A stretch of 64,000 bases of DNA from Trueperaceae bacterium (GCA_965213925.1 OZ243927.1:2720001-2784000), one strand, 5' to 3'; shown: positions 51,932-62,221, counted from the stretch's first letter. Program-made: numbers and translations. Notes: generated by a model from the letters alone, not told the origin.

Positions 51932-51975
51932 GTGAAGAGGACACCTCGAGCGCTCGAGGTGTCCTCTTCACTTTT
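51932..51975 (+). terminator. tRNA terminator (perfect 40-bp palindrome)
   Basis: GTGAAGAGGACACCTCGAGCGCTCGAGGTGTCCTCTTCAC followed by TTTT. Confidence 0.8.
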
Positions 51976-52038
51976 CTACTTCTAAGCGGATGTGCCTATA
52001 TCAAAAACGTGCACGACTCGGCTAAACGTATCTCTAAA

Positions 52039-52079
52039 AAGATTTATTTCACAACATTTTGGAACGTGAAATGAATCTT
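52039..52079 (-). repeat. Dyad site S5 (more divergent)
   Basis: AAGATTTATTTCAC-AACATTTTGGAAC-GTGAAATGAATCTT (TCAC-N13-GTGA). Confidence 0.55.
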
Positions 52080-52507
52080 GCGTAAATTTATCGAGGAGCT
52101 TGATTTCGGTGTGGCGTTTCATTATAGGAACACTCGCGACGTTCGCTTGGTCCTAGCCGCTTAATTTAGACTTTTTAGCTTATCGCTGCGCTGAAGCGAG
52201 GGCTGCTCCACCCTCTTTAGAAGAGCGTCAGGAGCCAGCTTCTACACGAGAAGTGAAGCGGGTTAGGCGCTACCCCTTTGACAAGGAGCGTTGGGAAAAC
52301 TTACACTTGAGAATGTAGTTTGACATTCTATGGTCGATAGCCTCCCAATCATCGTACTTGACTATGGAACTTATTACAGAGACACGTATCTTTTACCGCT
52401 CGAGACTGAGGTTTGAGCGACGTAGAGTTGCGAATCTCAGTGAGGAGGTCGCTCCGCAAGTCGCAAAAGGTGTTAAATCTAGTTAGAGATACTTTAAGGA
52501 GGACTCA

Positions 52508-54559
52508 ATGGTGAACGGACTTAACAGAACGCGCTTTTCGGATGCTATCGCCTCTTTCGCACTGTGCCTCATTATGGTCACAGCGCTACTCAGCCTCCTT
52601 CCCTATCTCGGCGTAGCTCAAGCCCAGGCGCAGCCTCCGAATTATTCTTTTGAAGCCCCTAAAGTCGCCCTAGCGGGCGTTCCCTTCGAGCAGACCATTC
52701 GGGCGAGCGTGCCCCCTTCGGACCCCTTAGAACTGCGCGTCGGCGACCAAACCTTCACGGTCCAGCCCCAAGCGTTCTCGAACGTCGAGGACGGCATCGT
52801 CTCAGAAGCGACCGTCGAGGAGATCGTCGTTCCTTCGAGAGGTGCGTTCGATATGAGCCTCTCGCTGGGGGGTGAGACGATCTCCGAAGCCTCCTTTCAG
52901 GCGATCTTCGGCTGGTTGTCCATCTTGCCTGCCCTCTTAGCGATTACCATTGCGCTCGTTTCGCGGCAGGTCATCCCTTCGCTCTTCTTCGGCATCGCGC
53001 TCGGCGCTTGGATGACCTACGGGCTCTCCATTCCAGGGCTTTGGTTCGGCCTACTTGACACGATGCAGGTGTACGTCTTGGAAGCGCTCGTGCCGCCTAG
53101 CGGCGATAAGGGGCACATCTCCATCGTCATCTTCACGCTGATGATGGGCGGTCTTATCGGCATCATCTACCGCAACGGCGGCGCGCACGCCATCGCGGAC
53201 CGGATCAGCTCGCTGGCGAGCAACCGCAAGCGCGGTCAGCTCTCGACGAGCGGTTTGGGCTTCGCGATCTTTTTTAGCACCTACGCAAACTCGCTCATCG
53301 TCGGCAACACCATGCGCCCCGTGACCGACAGGCTCAAAATCTCGCGCGAGAAGCTCGCCTACATCGTCGACTGCACCGCCGCGCCGCTCGCAGCGATCGC
53401 GGTGATCTCCACGTGGATAGGCTTCGAACTCGGGTTGATCGAGTCGGCAGTCTCCAACATCGGCTTTAGCGAGAACGCCTACTCGATCTTCTTAAAGACC
53501 ATCCCTTACAACTTCTACCCCATCTTGGCCCTCTTCTTCGTGCTGGCGGTCGGCTTTACCGGGCGGGACTTCGGACCGATGGCGAAGGCCGAGCGGCGCG
53601 CCTTTCACGAGGGCAAGGTCGTGCGCGACGGCGCGAAGGTGGACGACAACGCGAGCGGCGAAGAGGGCGAAGGCGACGGCGGCAACGAATTGCAGATGAA
53701 AGAGGGCGTCAGCAAACGCTCGATCAACGCCCTGCTGCCTATCGGAACCCTGATCGCCACCGTCGCGGTAGGCCTCTACGTTACGGGTGAAGGGGATACG
53801 CTGCGCGACATTATTGGGAGCGCGCAGTCGAGCCGCGTGCTCGTGTGGGCGGGGCTGCTCGGCGTCCTCGTCGCGGCTGTGCTCTCCGTGGGGCAGCGCA
53901 TCCTCACCATCGGCGAGACCGTAGACGCCTGGTACGCAGGGCTCAAGTCGGTGCTCTTCGTCATGATCATCCTGACGCTCGCCTGGTCGCTCGCCGCCAT
54001 CGCAGTTGACCTCAACACGGCGGGCTACCTCGTCTCCGTGCTCGGCGACGCGCTGCGCCCCGAATTCCTGCCCGCCATCCTCTTCGTCCTCTCCGCCGCC
54101 GTCTCGTTTGCGGTCGGCACGAGTTGGGGCACGATGGGCATCTTGATGCCTTTAGCCGTGCCGCTCGTCTGGACGATTATGCAGAACTTCGGAATGGCAA
54201 CGCCCGAGTATAGCTACATCATGTACGCGACCATCGGCACCATCTTGGCGGGTAGCGTCTGGGGTGACCACTGCTCGCCGATTTCAGACACCACCATCAT
54301 CTCCTCGGTTGCCGCTGGCTCCGACCACATCGACCACGTCCGCACGCAGATACCCTACGCTCTCGCTGTCGGCGTCGTTTCGCTCGTCGTCGGGCTTATT
54401 CCTTCGGGCTTCGGCGTGCCGTGGTGGTTGACGCTGCCCGCTGGCGCTGCCGTTTTGGTAGGGATACTCTATATCTTCGGCGATGACATCGAGTCGGAGG
54501 CGCAAGCCGAAGCGGACGCGCCGCAAGATACAGGTGCAGAAGCCGCCTCGACCGACTAG
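52508..54559 (+). CDS. NhaC-family Na+/H+ antiporter or amino acid transporter
   Basis: WLSILPALLAI, KISREKLAYIVD, GTSWGTMGI, GDHCSPISDTT, HIDHVRTQ; AAGGAGG RBS. Confidence 0.92.
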   Translation: MVNGLNRTRFSDAIASFALCLIMVTALLSLLPYLGVAQAQAQPPNYSFEAPKVALAGVPFEQTIRASVPPSDPLELRVGDQTFTVQPQAFSNVEDGIVSEATVEEIVVPSRGAFDMSLSLGGETISEASFQAIFGWLSILPALLAITIALVSRQVIPSLFFGIALGAWMTYGLSIPGLWFGLLDTMQVYVLEALVPPSGDKGHISIVIFTLMMGGLIGIIYRNGGAHAIADRISSLASNRKRGQLSTSGLGFAIFFSTYANSLIVGNTMRPVTDRLKISREKLAYIVDCTAAPLAAIAVISTWIGFELGLIESAVSNIGFSENAYSIFLKTIPYNFYPILALFFVLAVGFTGRDFGPMAKAERRAFHEGKVVRDGAKVDDNASGEEGEGDGGNELQMKEGVSKRSINALLPIGTLIATVAVGLYVTGEGDTLRDIIGSAQSSRVLVWAGLLGVLVAAVLSVGQRILTIGETVDAWYAGLKSVLFVMIILTLAWSLAAIAVDLNTAGYLVSVLGDALRPEFLPAILFVLSAAVSFAVGTSWGTMGILMPLAVPLVWTIMQNFGMATPEYSYIMYATIGTILAGSVWGDHCSPISDTTIISSVAAGSDHIDHVRTQIPYALAVGVVSLVVGLIPSGFGVPWWLTLPAGAAVLVGILYIFGDDIESEAQAEADAPQDTGAEAASTD

Positions 54560-54593
54560 TTAGGGCTGCGCCCCTAAGCGCGCAGATAGCGCC

Positions 54594-54632
54594 GCGACCG
54601 GGTCATCCGCGTGAGGATGACCCGGTCGCTTT
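54594..54632 (+). terminator. Intrinsic terminator
   Basis: GCGACCGGGTCATCC-GCGTGA-GGATGACCCGGTCGC-TTT. Confidence 0.75.
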
Positions 54633-54892
54633 GAGCAGCTAGAACGAGGCGTCTAATACCAAAGTGATTTGAGGATGGCACAATGTACCATTCTCAAACG
54701 CGCGTCACCCCCTGTGGGGTGCTCACACTTGACGCGCGTAACTTCTAACGCCCTCAGGTTTTGCCATCCTTTTTCCCAATCTGGTATAAGGCGCGCGAAG
54801 GGCGAGGTAGGGGTTGCGCGGTTATTATGCATCGTGTGGGTCGGACGCGGCAGTGCGTCTCAGCGTTATACGGAATCTGCCATAGTAGACCT

Positions 54893-56284
54893 TCAGGGCG
54901 CTCTCCCCTCTTCGATCAGCGCGTTGACCTTCTCCACGTACTGCTCCGGCTTCGCCTTGCGCTCCAAGCCGCCCGCCGACATATAGCGCACCTTGCCGAA
55001 GACCTCGCGCTCCGTCCAGCCCCGGTCATGCTGCCCGAACACCCAAGCGACGTTCGCGAACGAGTTCGGGTCGCGCCCATCTAAAAAGTACTTGTTGTTG
55101 AGATATAAGGTTGTCTCGTAAGCGTAGCGGGGCGTATTGCTCCACTGTAAAATTTTCTTGCCCCAGTACATCCGCATGTAGTTGTGCATATATCCTGTAT
55201 GGCGCATCTCCCGCATGGCGGCGTTCCAGTAGTCGTCGTGAGTTTGGGCGTCCTCGAGTTCTTGCCGCGTATACACGTACTCGCGCTCGTCGTCCTTATG
55301 CTCCTCTAAGGTTTCTTGCGCCCAGTCGGGCAAGCTCTTGAAGGAGTCGTACGTGTCGGGCATGTAGTACACGAAGTTCATCGGCAGCTCGCGGCGGATG
55401 ATGACCTCTTCTAAGTACGAGTCGATGTTGTTTTGCGAGGTGTGCGCCTCTTGGATTTGCAGCGCGATGTAAACAGGTGAAATCTGCCCGAAGTGGAGGT
55501 ACTTGCTCATGTGCGACACGTCGCTGGTTTGCGGCTGGTTGCGATTCGAGTCGTACGAGCTGAATTTGTTTTCGATGAAGTTGTCCAAAATCGCTCTGCC
55601 TTGCGAGGTGCCCCCCTTAAAGAGGTGGCTGACGGGCTCGACACTCTTGTCGAGTTTGAGTTCATCCACCAACGCCTCGACGTCGCTCAGGTCGAGCCCG
55701 TCCACGCTCATGTTCTTGGAATACTTGTCTAAAGGCGTCGTGCGCAGTTCGACCAAGAAGTCGTCTAAGTGCTTTTGGATTTTCGGGCGAATCGTGCGGG
55801 CGGCGTACTCCTTTTTGTCCGAGACGAGTTCGACCGGCACGACCACGTCCGACTCGACTTGCGTGACGAGACACGGCGCTTCATCCGCCACGCGCCCCCG
55901 CCACTGACGCTGGTTGCGCATGTACCCTCTATCGCAAACGATCAGGGAGGCGTCCTGTCCGAGTCGCAACGCCACCTCATCGGGTGAACCTCGCTGCACC
56001 ACGAACTTGATGTCACGCTCTTTTAGCGAGGTCTCGACCTCTTGTAGCCCCTCCAGCATAAAGGTGTAGTGCCGCGCGTTCGCCTCGGGGTAGTCGTCCA
56101 TCAGCCCGAAGCAGACCAAGAGGCGCTGCTCTAAATCGTTAGCTCTCTGGATAGCGTACTCGAGCGCGTGGTTATATTCCGTGCGCTGCGAACTCTGCAT
56201 CCAGTAGAGGACGTAGGACCCGTCACGTACCTCTTTACCATTAAGCTGTTGAATTCGCGCGTCTTGGATGAATTTGGTTGCCAT
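54893..56284 (-). CDS. phr: Class II CPD photolyase
   Basis: VLYWMQSSQR..NHALEYA, EYAARTIRPKI, SKYLHFGQIS, MHNYMRMYWGKK, DGRDPN; start at MATKF. Confidence 0.95.
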   Translation of the reverse strand: MATKFIQDARIQQLNGKEVRDGSYVLYWMQSSQRTEYNHALEYAIQRANDLEQRLLVCFGLMDDYPEANARHYTFMLEGLQEVETSLKERDIKFVVQRGSPDEVALRLGQDASLIVCDRGYMRNQRQWRGRVADEAPCLVTQVESDVVVPVELVSDKKEYAARTIRPKIQKHLDDFLVELRTTPLDKYSKNMSVDGLDLSDVEALVDELKLDKSVEPVSHLFKGGTSQGRAILDNFIENKFSSYDSNRNQPQTSDVSHMSKYLHFGQISPVYIALQIQEAHTSQNNIDSYLEEVIIRRELPMNFVYYMPDTYDSFKSLPDWAQETLEEHKDDEREYVYTRQELEDAQTHDDYWNAAMREMRHTGYMHNYMRMYWGKKILQWSNTPRYAYETTLYLNNKYFLDGRDPNSFANVAWVFGQHDRGWTEREVFGKVRYMSAGGLERKAKPEQYVEKVNALIEEGRAP

Positions 56285-56655
56285 GAAGTTACTGTGCCGT
56301 GAGTCAATAGTTTTTTCAGTTGGGCAGAGCGCTTTCTCGAGGCGTTGAATTTGTCCGCAGACTCTAAAGTTAAAAATTTTTAATGCAGCACAACTTGTAA
56401 CTCTCGCTGTGATTCCTACACGCCTCTTTCGACCTCTTATCCCTAATATAGACAATACCTCGCAATGGGATGACCGAGGAAAACCCTACAAGCTGTAGAG
56501 CAAGCCAGTGGTGAAGCGGTTTAATACCGCTTTCGCCCGTGACCTTGCTGCTTTGCAGCATCTTAGAGGAGAACAAAGCGAACGAGAGAGATTACAAAGT
56601 CGATCCACACAACACGAGCCCAAAAACAGATTCTATTTATTCCGAGGAGCAAAAC

Positions 56656-56790
56656 ATGTCCGCAATCCTGATAAGCGCGTTGTCCATTTCCATTTCACTA
56701 ATGGCACTTGCGGCTTACAATTCGCACAAGCAAAAAGTTCTAGCAAACCCCGCAACGGTTGGTACATCGGATGAGCGAGGTATGGCCTAA
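56656..56790 (+). CDS. Small 44-aa peptide with a hydrophobic N-terminus
   Basis: GAGGAG RBS; stop TAA overlaps the next ATG (TAATG). Confidence 0.5.
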   Translation: MSAILISALSISISLMALAAYNSHKQKVLANPATVGTSDERGMA

Positions 56791-58337
56791 TGAACGCTTC
56801 CGCACGCCGAATTGCACTTCTCGCTCTCCTTGTCGCCGTCGCAGGGTGTAGCCAACAACCAGTAGACAAACAGAGCGACGTTATCACCTACCTCAAGGAA
56901 GCTAAACCCGTACCCGTTCAAACAGCGCAGATAAGCGCCGTAAGCGCACTTCTTGAAGAGGAATTCACCAGCGGTGAACTCAGCGCTCTAGGTCAGAACA
57001 AAGTCTACACGAAGACCTTCACAGCGGTAGATATTTACGACGCCCCCTTCGTTCACATTAACATCACCTCGCCTAAAAAGATCGGTAACATTTGGCAGTT
57101 TGCCAAAAAGTTAAAGGGCGACGAGTGGCCTAAAGGCGAACCCTCAGCTTGGGGCGTGACCATCACAGGTGCAACCGAAGCGCGTGCCCCTGTCTCGCAG
57201 ATAGAGTACGGTCTGGACACCCTCCAAGACATCTATAAAACCGTCAAGGCGATGGGCGGACCCGGTAAGTTTGAAAAAATTGTCGCGCCCCTTTCAGCCG
57301 TGTTTTGGTTGGAGCATAAAGACGGCAGCTTGTGGAGTATTTACACACACGAGAAAGTTTCTGATGAAGAATACGAGCGTGGCAAAGCGATGTATGACGA
57401 GATTTTGGCAGGTCTCGACATCAGCGAATCGGACGAGATTATGGAAGCAGCTTGGACAACGGAGCCCGCTTTGAGCACTGCCTCAAGCTCATCCGATGGG
57501 TCTTTTGACCTTACGACGCTAGCTTCAACAGAGGAGATTGCTGATATTGCTGATACCTTCAGAGATGAACTCATATATAAGCACAGAGGTTCCTGGACAA
57601 ATCCTGAGGCAACGCAAAGAACCTTAATTGGTAAGGGCGGCTTTGCTCAAGGAGTTGAATACTATGACCGACCTGGTGAAAGGTGGCGCGTTGGTAGCTG
57701 TCTAGGCTTCGGTAGACCGACTGATTCAGAGGTTATCGGCTGCGGTCCTGCAGCGTTCTCCGCTATGCTCACCTATCACTTCAAGTATCGTGGTGCGAAA
57801 GTTAATGGGTCTAAACTAGGCGACCCCGTCGAGTACATGACCTTTCCAGCTATACCCTCTTTAGGCATTCCGTCAAGAACAGTAAAGATTAGTGACGGAA
57901 CATACAAATCTTTCAAACGATTTGTGAGCGCACCTGTGGGTTCGCGGGACTATCCGCGTATAATTGACTATATGGGGTCCTGCTTCGTCAGTGGGGAAGT
58001 AGCGACTTCGGGCGGCGCTTTCTCGAATGGTGGCACAGCGTTCTTAGCAAAGCATGTACCAGACCTCAAGCTAGCTTACAACTGGTCACGCGGGTTCTCT
58101 AATCCAGGAAGCGTGCGAGGCAAAGTCGATAGACTACGCTACGCGCGAGACGCTAATCGACCAGCCGTAGTATTGTATCCGACAGGCACGCTCGCTTTTC
58201 ACTTCTCTTTTGTGAAGGCGTGGAAGGCAAAGCGATTAGACTATGGGCTCTTTATACAACCGGAGAACGATACGCACCAGTGGGTCAATATGGGCGACAC
58301 ATTCAGAGGAGAAGTCGGTGTTTGGTCAATTTACTAA
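56790..58337 (+). CDS. Lipoprotein with a C-terminal papain-like (C10/C39-like) cysteine protease domain
   Basis: Lipobox VAGC; IGCGPAAFSAMLTYH, AFHFSFV and WVNMG resemble the Cys/His/Asn motifs of streptopain-like proteases. Confidence 0.6.
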   Translation: MNASARRIALLALLVAVAGCSQQPVDKQSDVITYLKEAKPVPVQTAQISAVSALLEEEFTSGELSALGQNKVYTKTFTAVDIYDAPFVHINITSPKKIGNIWQFAKKLKGDEWPKGEPSAWGVTITGATEARAPVSQIEYGLDTLQDIYKTVKAMGGPGKFEKIVAPLSAVFWLEHKDGSLWSIYTHEKVSDEEYERGKAMYDEILAGLDISESDEIMEAAWTTEPALSTASSSSDGSFDLTTLASTEEIADIADTFRDELIYKHRGSWTNPEATQRTLIGKGGFAQGVEYYDRPGERWRVGSCLGFGRPTDSEVIGCGPAAFSAMLTYHFKYRGAKVNGSKLGDPVEYMTFPAIPSLGIPSRTVKISDGTYKSFKRFVSAPVGSRDYPRIIDYMGSCFVSGEVATSGGAFSNGGTAFLAKHVPDLKLAYNWSRGFSNPGSVRGKVDRLRYARDANRPAVVLYPTGTLAFHFSFVKAWKAKRLDYGLFIQPENDTHQWVNMGDTFRGEVGVWSIY

Positions 58338-58779
58338 AGTCGCAGGGCTACTCTTAGCTCTTTCGCTACTCGGAGGGTGTGCTCGCACACCCTACCTCAT
58401 TTTCCTGGGTGTGGTCAACGACTATCCAGGAATAGAAGATATGGACACTTATTGTACAGGTGGATTAGAGGCAAGCCTTGCACTGCAAGACATGAAAATT
58501 GAAAGTGGTTTAGTTGCTTCAGGTAAGACTAGGAGTGTTGATCTTATTGTGCCAGAGAATGCAAGACCAGGTACGATTCTTACGACTGAAGCACGATGCT
58601 ACAAAGATGGAGAAGAAGTAGGATACGCTTTCGTAGAAAAACCCTACAAATCTCCTAGCATTCCAGGTGTAAGCGTTTTTGCTCCACCTACTGAAGGACT
58701 ATCAAAAATCACCGATTGCGTAGACTTGACAGAAGCAAGAGGCGTCCCAATCTGTATTAAAGGCGACCCCTACGATTAG
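58318..58779 (+). CDS. Hypothetical lipoprotein
   Basis: AGGAGA RBS then GTG at 58318 overlapping the upstream gene end; lipobox LGGC; four further Cys. Confidence 0.65.
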   Translation: MFGQFTKVAGLLLALSLLGGCARTPYLIFLGVVNDYPGIEDMDTYCTGGLEASLALQDMKIESGLVASGKTRSVDLIVPENARPGTILTTEARCYKDGEEVGYAFVEKPYKSPSIPGVSVFAPPTEGLSKITDCVDLTEARGVPICIKGDPYD

Positions 58780-58871
58780 AAATGCCACGCCTCCTCAACA
58801 GAAACTCGCTCAAACTGCAAGGACAGTTTGAGCGAGTTTCTCGAAGAAGAGGTCGACACTTTGAAAGCCCG

Positions 58872-59159
58872 CTAAACATCATCGTAGTGCTCAACTACCG
58901 GAAAAGGATCATAAAAGTGATGCAAAAGCGCCTTCCACGTCTCATACTCCGCCGACTGCCGAAAGCCTACCGTATGGTCTTCTAGCGTCTCCCACTGCAC
59001 CAACAAGAGGTAACGGTTCTCCTGCTCTAAACAGCGTTTAAGCTCGTGCGAGAGGTAGCCTTTCATGGAAGCGATAATCGGCGCAACTTGGGCGAAAGCA
59101 CCTTCGAACACGCCTATCTCGTTAGGTTTTATATCTAAAATCGCGACTTCTAAGACCAT
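58872..59159 (-). CDS. Antibiotic biosynthesis monooxygenase (ABM) family protein
   Basis: MVLEVAILDIK..FE.AF, YLLLVQWETLEDHTVGFRQS, HHFYDPFP. Confidence 0.92.
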   Translation of the reverse strand: MVLEVAILDIKPNEIGVFEGAFAQVAPIIASMKGYLSHELKRCLEQENRYLLLVQWETLEDHTVGFRQSAEYETWKALLHHFYDPFPVVEHYDDV

Positions 59160-59222
59160 GCTGTTCTCCTCAACTGCGACACCTTACCAAGTTGTAAGGG
59201 CGTGAACCCTTGACGCTTAACT

Positions 59223-59714
59223 ATGGCTAAACGCATCCAACCCAAAGAGGGTCAAGAGTCCGTTTGGGACTATCCGCGCCCGCCCGCTGTCGAAGACGTG
59301 AGCAGGCACGTCCGCGTGGTCTTTAACGGCGAGGTCATCGCCGACACAAACCGCGCTAAGCGCGTTCTGGAGACCTCCCATCCGCCCAGCTACTACATTC
59401 CTCCTGAAGACGTAAAGATGGACTATCTGCACCAAACAGAGCGCATGACGATGTGCGAATTCAAGGGACGAGCGGCGTACTGGACGGTGTGCGTCGGGGA
59501 TGAAGAGGTCGAAAACGCGGGCTGGAGCTATCCGAATCCGGTGCGCGGCTACGAAGGTCTCGAGGACTACATCACCTTCTATCCGAGCAGGATGGAGGCG
59601 TGCTATATCGGAGACGAAAGGGTGCAGGCGCAAGAGGGGGACTTTTACGGCGGCTGGATCACCTCGGACATCGTCGGACCGTTTAAGGGTGGGGCAGGGA
59701 CCTGGGGTTGGTAG
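59223..59714 (+). CDS. DUF427 domain protein
   Basis: QESVWDYPRPP, VLETSHPPSYYIP, CEFKG.A.Y, WSYP, FYGGWIT. Confidence 0.92.
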   Translation: MAKRIQPKEGQESVWDYPRPPAVEDVSRHVRVVFNGEVIADTNRAKRVLETSHPPSYYIPPEDVKMDYLHQTERMTMCEFKGRAAYWTVCVGDEEVENAGWSYPNPVRGYEGLEDYITFYPSRMEACYIGDERVQAQEGDFYGGWITSDIVGPFKGGAGTWGW

Positions 59715-59793
59715 AAAGGCAGCCGGTAGTAGGGGCGCGTAGAGCGGCGTAACCGCTACAGCTCGGCAGGACGCTCACAGGTACACTCGTGAA

Positions 59794-62007
59794 GTGGAGT
59801 TGCTGCGCGCCGATATCACGTTTCGCCGAGACGGTCGCGAGCTTTTAAGGGACGTCTCACTCACCCTGCGACCCGCCCAGCGGCTTGGCTTAGTAGGGCG
59901 CAACGGCGCGGGCAAGTCCACCTTGCTCAGCCTCTTGGCGGGCGACCTCTCCCCTAGCGAAGGTCGCGTGCGCAAATCGCCAGGCGTGCGTCTATTTTTA
60001 GGACGAAAGTCTGAGGAGTACGCCCCTCGAGGCGCACCGAAGACAAACATGACGGTATGGGAAGCAGGGCTGCGCGCGCTGGCGCACGTGCGCGACCTCG
60101 AGGCTGCCCTGCGCGGCGCGGAGAAACGTTTAAGCACCTCGAAAGATATAGAACACGACTTGGCACGTTACGCTGAGCTGACCGAACGCTTCGAAGCGGC
60201 GGGTGGCTACGCGGCGGAAGGGATGCTAGAGCGCACCCTCGCCACCTTCGGCTTCGGACCCTTAGACTACGCTACCCCAGCCGCTGCCCTCTCGGGGGGC
60301 GAACGCGCGCGCTTAGAGCTGGCGCTCGCTTTTACTGCTCAGCCCGACGTGCTCCTCTTAGACGAGCCGAGCAGCCACCTCGACCTCGTGACGCGCCCTA
60401 AACTCGCGGAGCAGATGAAGCGCTATCCCGGCGCACTGCTCTTTGCGTCGCACGACCGCGCGCTTTTGAACGCGGTGTGCACCCACGTACTGCACCTCGA
60501 GGCGGGCACCCTCACGCGCTATAAGGGGAACTACTCGAGCTTTCGGCAAACGCAGGGCTTCGCGCTGCGCACCGCCCAGAAACGCGCTAAGGAGCGTGGC
60601 AAAGAGGTTGCTGCTTTAAGTACATCGGCAGAGCGCCTCAAGGGTTGGGGCACGCCCACCGCGGCGCGGCAGAGGCGGAGCGCTCTGAAGCGTTTAGAGC
60701 GTCTGCAAGATCGGGCAGTTGCGCCGCGCCCGTCGACCCCAAAAGAGCTTCCTACCGCGTCGCAAAAAGCAAAAGGGACGCTCCTGAGCGCCCTGCACCT
60801 CAGCAAACGCTACGGGGAACGCACGCTCATCGGCGACGTCTCCTTGCGCGTCGAAGCGGGCGACAAGGTCGCGCTGGTAGGGGCGAACGGCGCAGGTAAG
60901 TCGACCCTACTGGAGCTGCTGACGGGCGAATTAGAGTCCGACCACGCAGAAGCGGCCCTGCACTTCGGTCGCCACACGAAAGTCGCCGTGTTCGACCAGG
61001 AGACGCGGGGCTTAGCGGCGGACGCGCCGCTTCTGGCGCAGCTTACGCGCTACGTCTCCGAACCCAGGGCGCGGATGCTGCTCGCCTTGGTCGCCCTAGC
61101 GGATGCGGCGGATAAAATGACGAGCGAACTTTCCGAAGGACAAAAAGCGCGTGCGGGCATCGCGCTCATCCTCGCGAGCGAGGCGAATTTGCTCATTCTA
61201 GACGAGCCGACGGAGCATCTGGACATCGAGATGATAGGGCGCTTGCAAGGTGCGCTTCAGGGGACCGACGCGGCGTTTGTTCTCGTCTCGCACGACGCGG
61301 CGCTCGTCGAAGTGGCGACGAGGGTCCTCAGTTTGGAAGCGGGTGAACTGAAAGAGTATCGCGGCGGCTTAAAGGGCTATTTTCGCGGCACATTGCGCTT
61401 GGAGCCCGACCTGCCGGCACTCGACGATGCGCCGGTCGGGAAGGAGAGCTTGGAGGACGAACTCGAGCGCCTAGAACTCTCGCGGCTCGAGCTAGAGGAG
61501 GCGCGGCTCACCTCTTACCACTTGAGCGAGCGCGAGCGCGTTCGGCTAGAGCGGCGCTACGCGGACCTCTTGGACGACCTCTTCGCGCTGTACGAAACGC
61601 GGCACTTCGTCCCCGCGCCGCTCTACAGAAAGCGTGAGGGCGTGGTCTACGTCGAGGTCGAGGCGGGCGAAACCGGTTACCTCTTTTCGTCGAACGTGGG
61701 GCTCGGCGTGCGCCTGTTGGTGGACGGTTCACTCGGACACCTCAGCCTCATCCACCCGGACGGACGGTGCGTTTTGCCTTGGGCGAGGGACGCCGCGCTG
61801 CGCACCGTCGTAAGGATTGCGCTCGAGCACCTCGCCCTGCACGCGCTCCAAATCCAGTCGGAGGACGACCTGAGCGCGGCAGGCTTGGCGGAGGCGGGCG
61901 GCGACTGGTGGGTCTTGAGCCGAAGGCGGTATGAGGTCGCGCAAGGCTACGTCAGAGAGGATAGGGACTCGCACGCTGCATCTGGTAGGTTTCTATCACC
62001 AAGGTGA
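59794..62007 (+). CDS. ABC-F family ATPase with a C-terminal extension
   Basis: Two GxNGAGKST Walker A motifs, LSGGE, LLDEPSSHLD, LDEPTEHLD, SHD, YKGNYS; TACACT is 6 nt before GTG. Confidence 0.9.
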   Translation: MELLRADITFRRDGRELLRDVSLTLRPAQRLGLVGRNGAGKSTLLSLLAGDLSPSEGRVRKSPGVRLFLGRKSEEYAPRGAPKTNMTVWEAGLRALAHVRDLEAALRGAEKRLSTSKDIEHDLARYAELTERFEAAGGYAAEGMLERTLATFGFGPLDYATPAAALSGGERARLELALAFTAQPDVLLLDEPSSHLDLVTRPKLAEQMKRYPGALLFASHDRALLNAVCTHVLHLEAGTLTRYKGNYSSFRQTQGFALRTAQKRAKERGKEVAALSTSAERLKGWGTPTAARQRRSALKRLERLQDRAVAPRPSTPKELPTASQKAKGTLLSALHLSKRYGERTLIGDVSLRVEAGDKVALVGANGAGKSTLLELLTGELESDHAEAALHFGRHTKVAVFDQETRGLAADAPLLAQLTRYVSEPRARMLLALVALADAADKMTSELSEGQKARAGIALILASEANLLILDEPTEHLDIEMIGRLQGALQGTDAAFVLVSHDAALVEVATRVLSLEAGELKEYRGGLKGYFRGTLRLEPDLPALDDAPVGKESLEDELERLELSRLELEEARLTSYHLSERERVRLERRYADLLDDLFALYETRHFVPAPLYRKREGVVYVEVEAGETGYLFSSNVGLGVRLLVDGSLGHLSLIHPDGRCVLPWARDAALRTVVRIALEHLALHALQIQSEDDLSAAGLAEAGGDWWVLSRRRYEVAQGYVREDRDSHAASGRFLSPR

Positions 62008-62221
62008 AAAAGGAGCATGTCAGGCTATGTCAAGGAGCAAGACAGCACCCTACGCGCCGTATCCAGCGCTTCTCATCCGGGCAAAATGAGTTTTATGCTA
62101 CACTCCTGATCGTGTCGAACGTTCAACCTTAACGTCGTACGCGCCGCGCGCGAGCGCCGCCGTCTCTACGGTTAAGCTATAGCTAGCTCGTCGACGAGGT
62201 TGATTTGAGAGGAGGCAGGTG

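Noticed and set aside
56285..56455. N-terminal extension of the photolyase in the ORF track (likewise glnA 17853-18032 and lepA 43528-43590)
   Set aside because: Family similarity, and for glnA and lepA the RBS or -10 signals, begin at the downstream ATGs.
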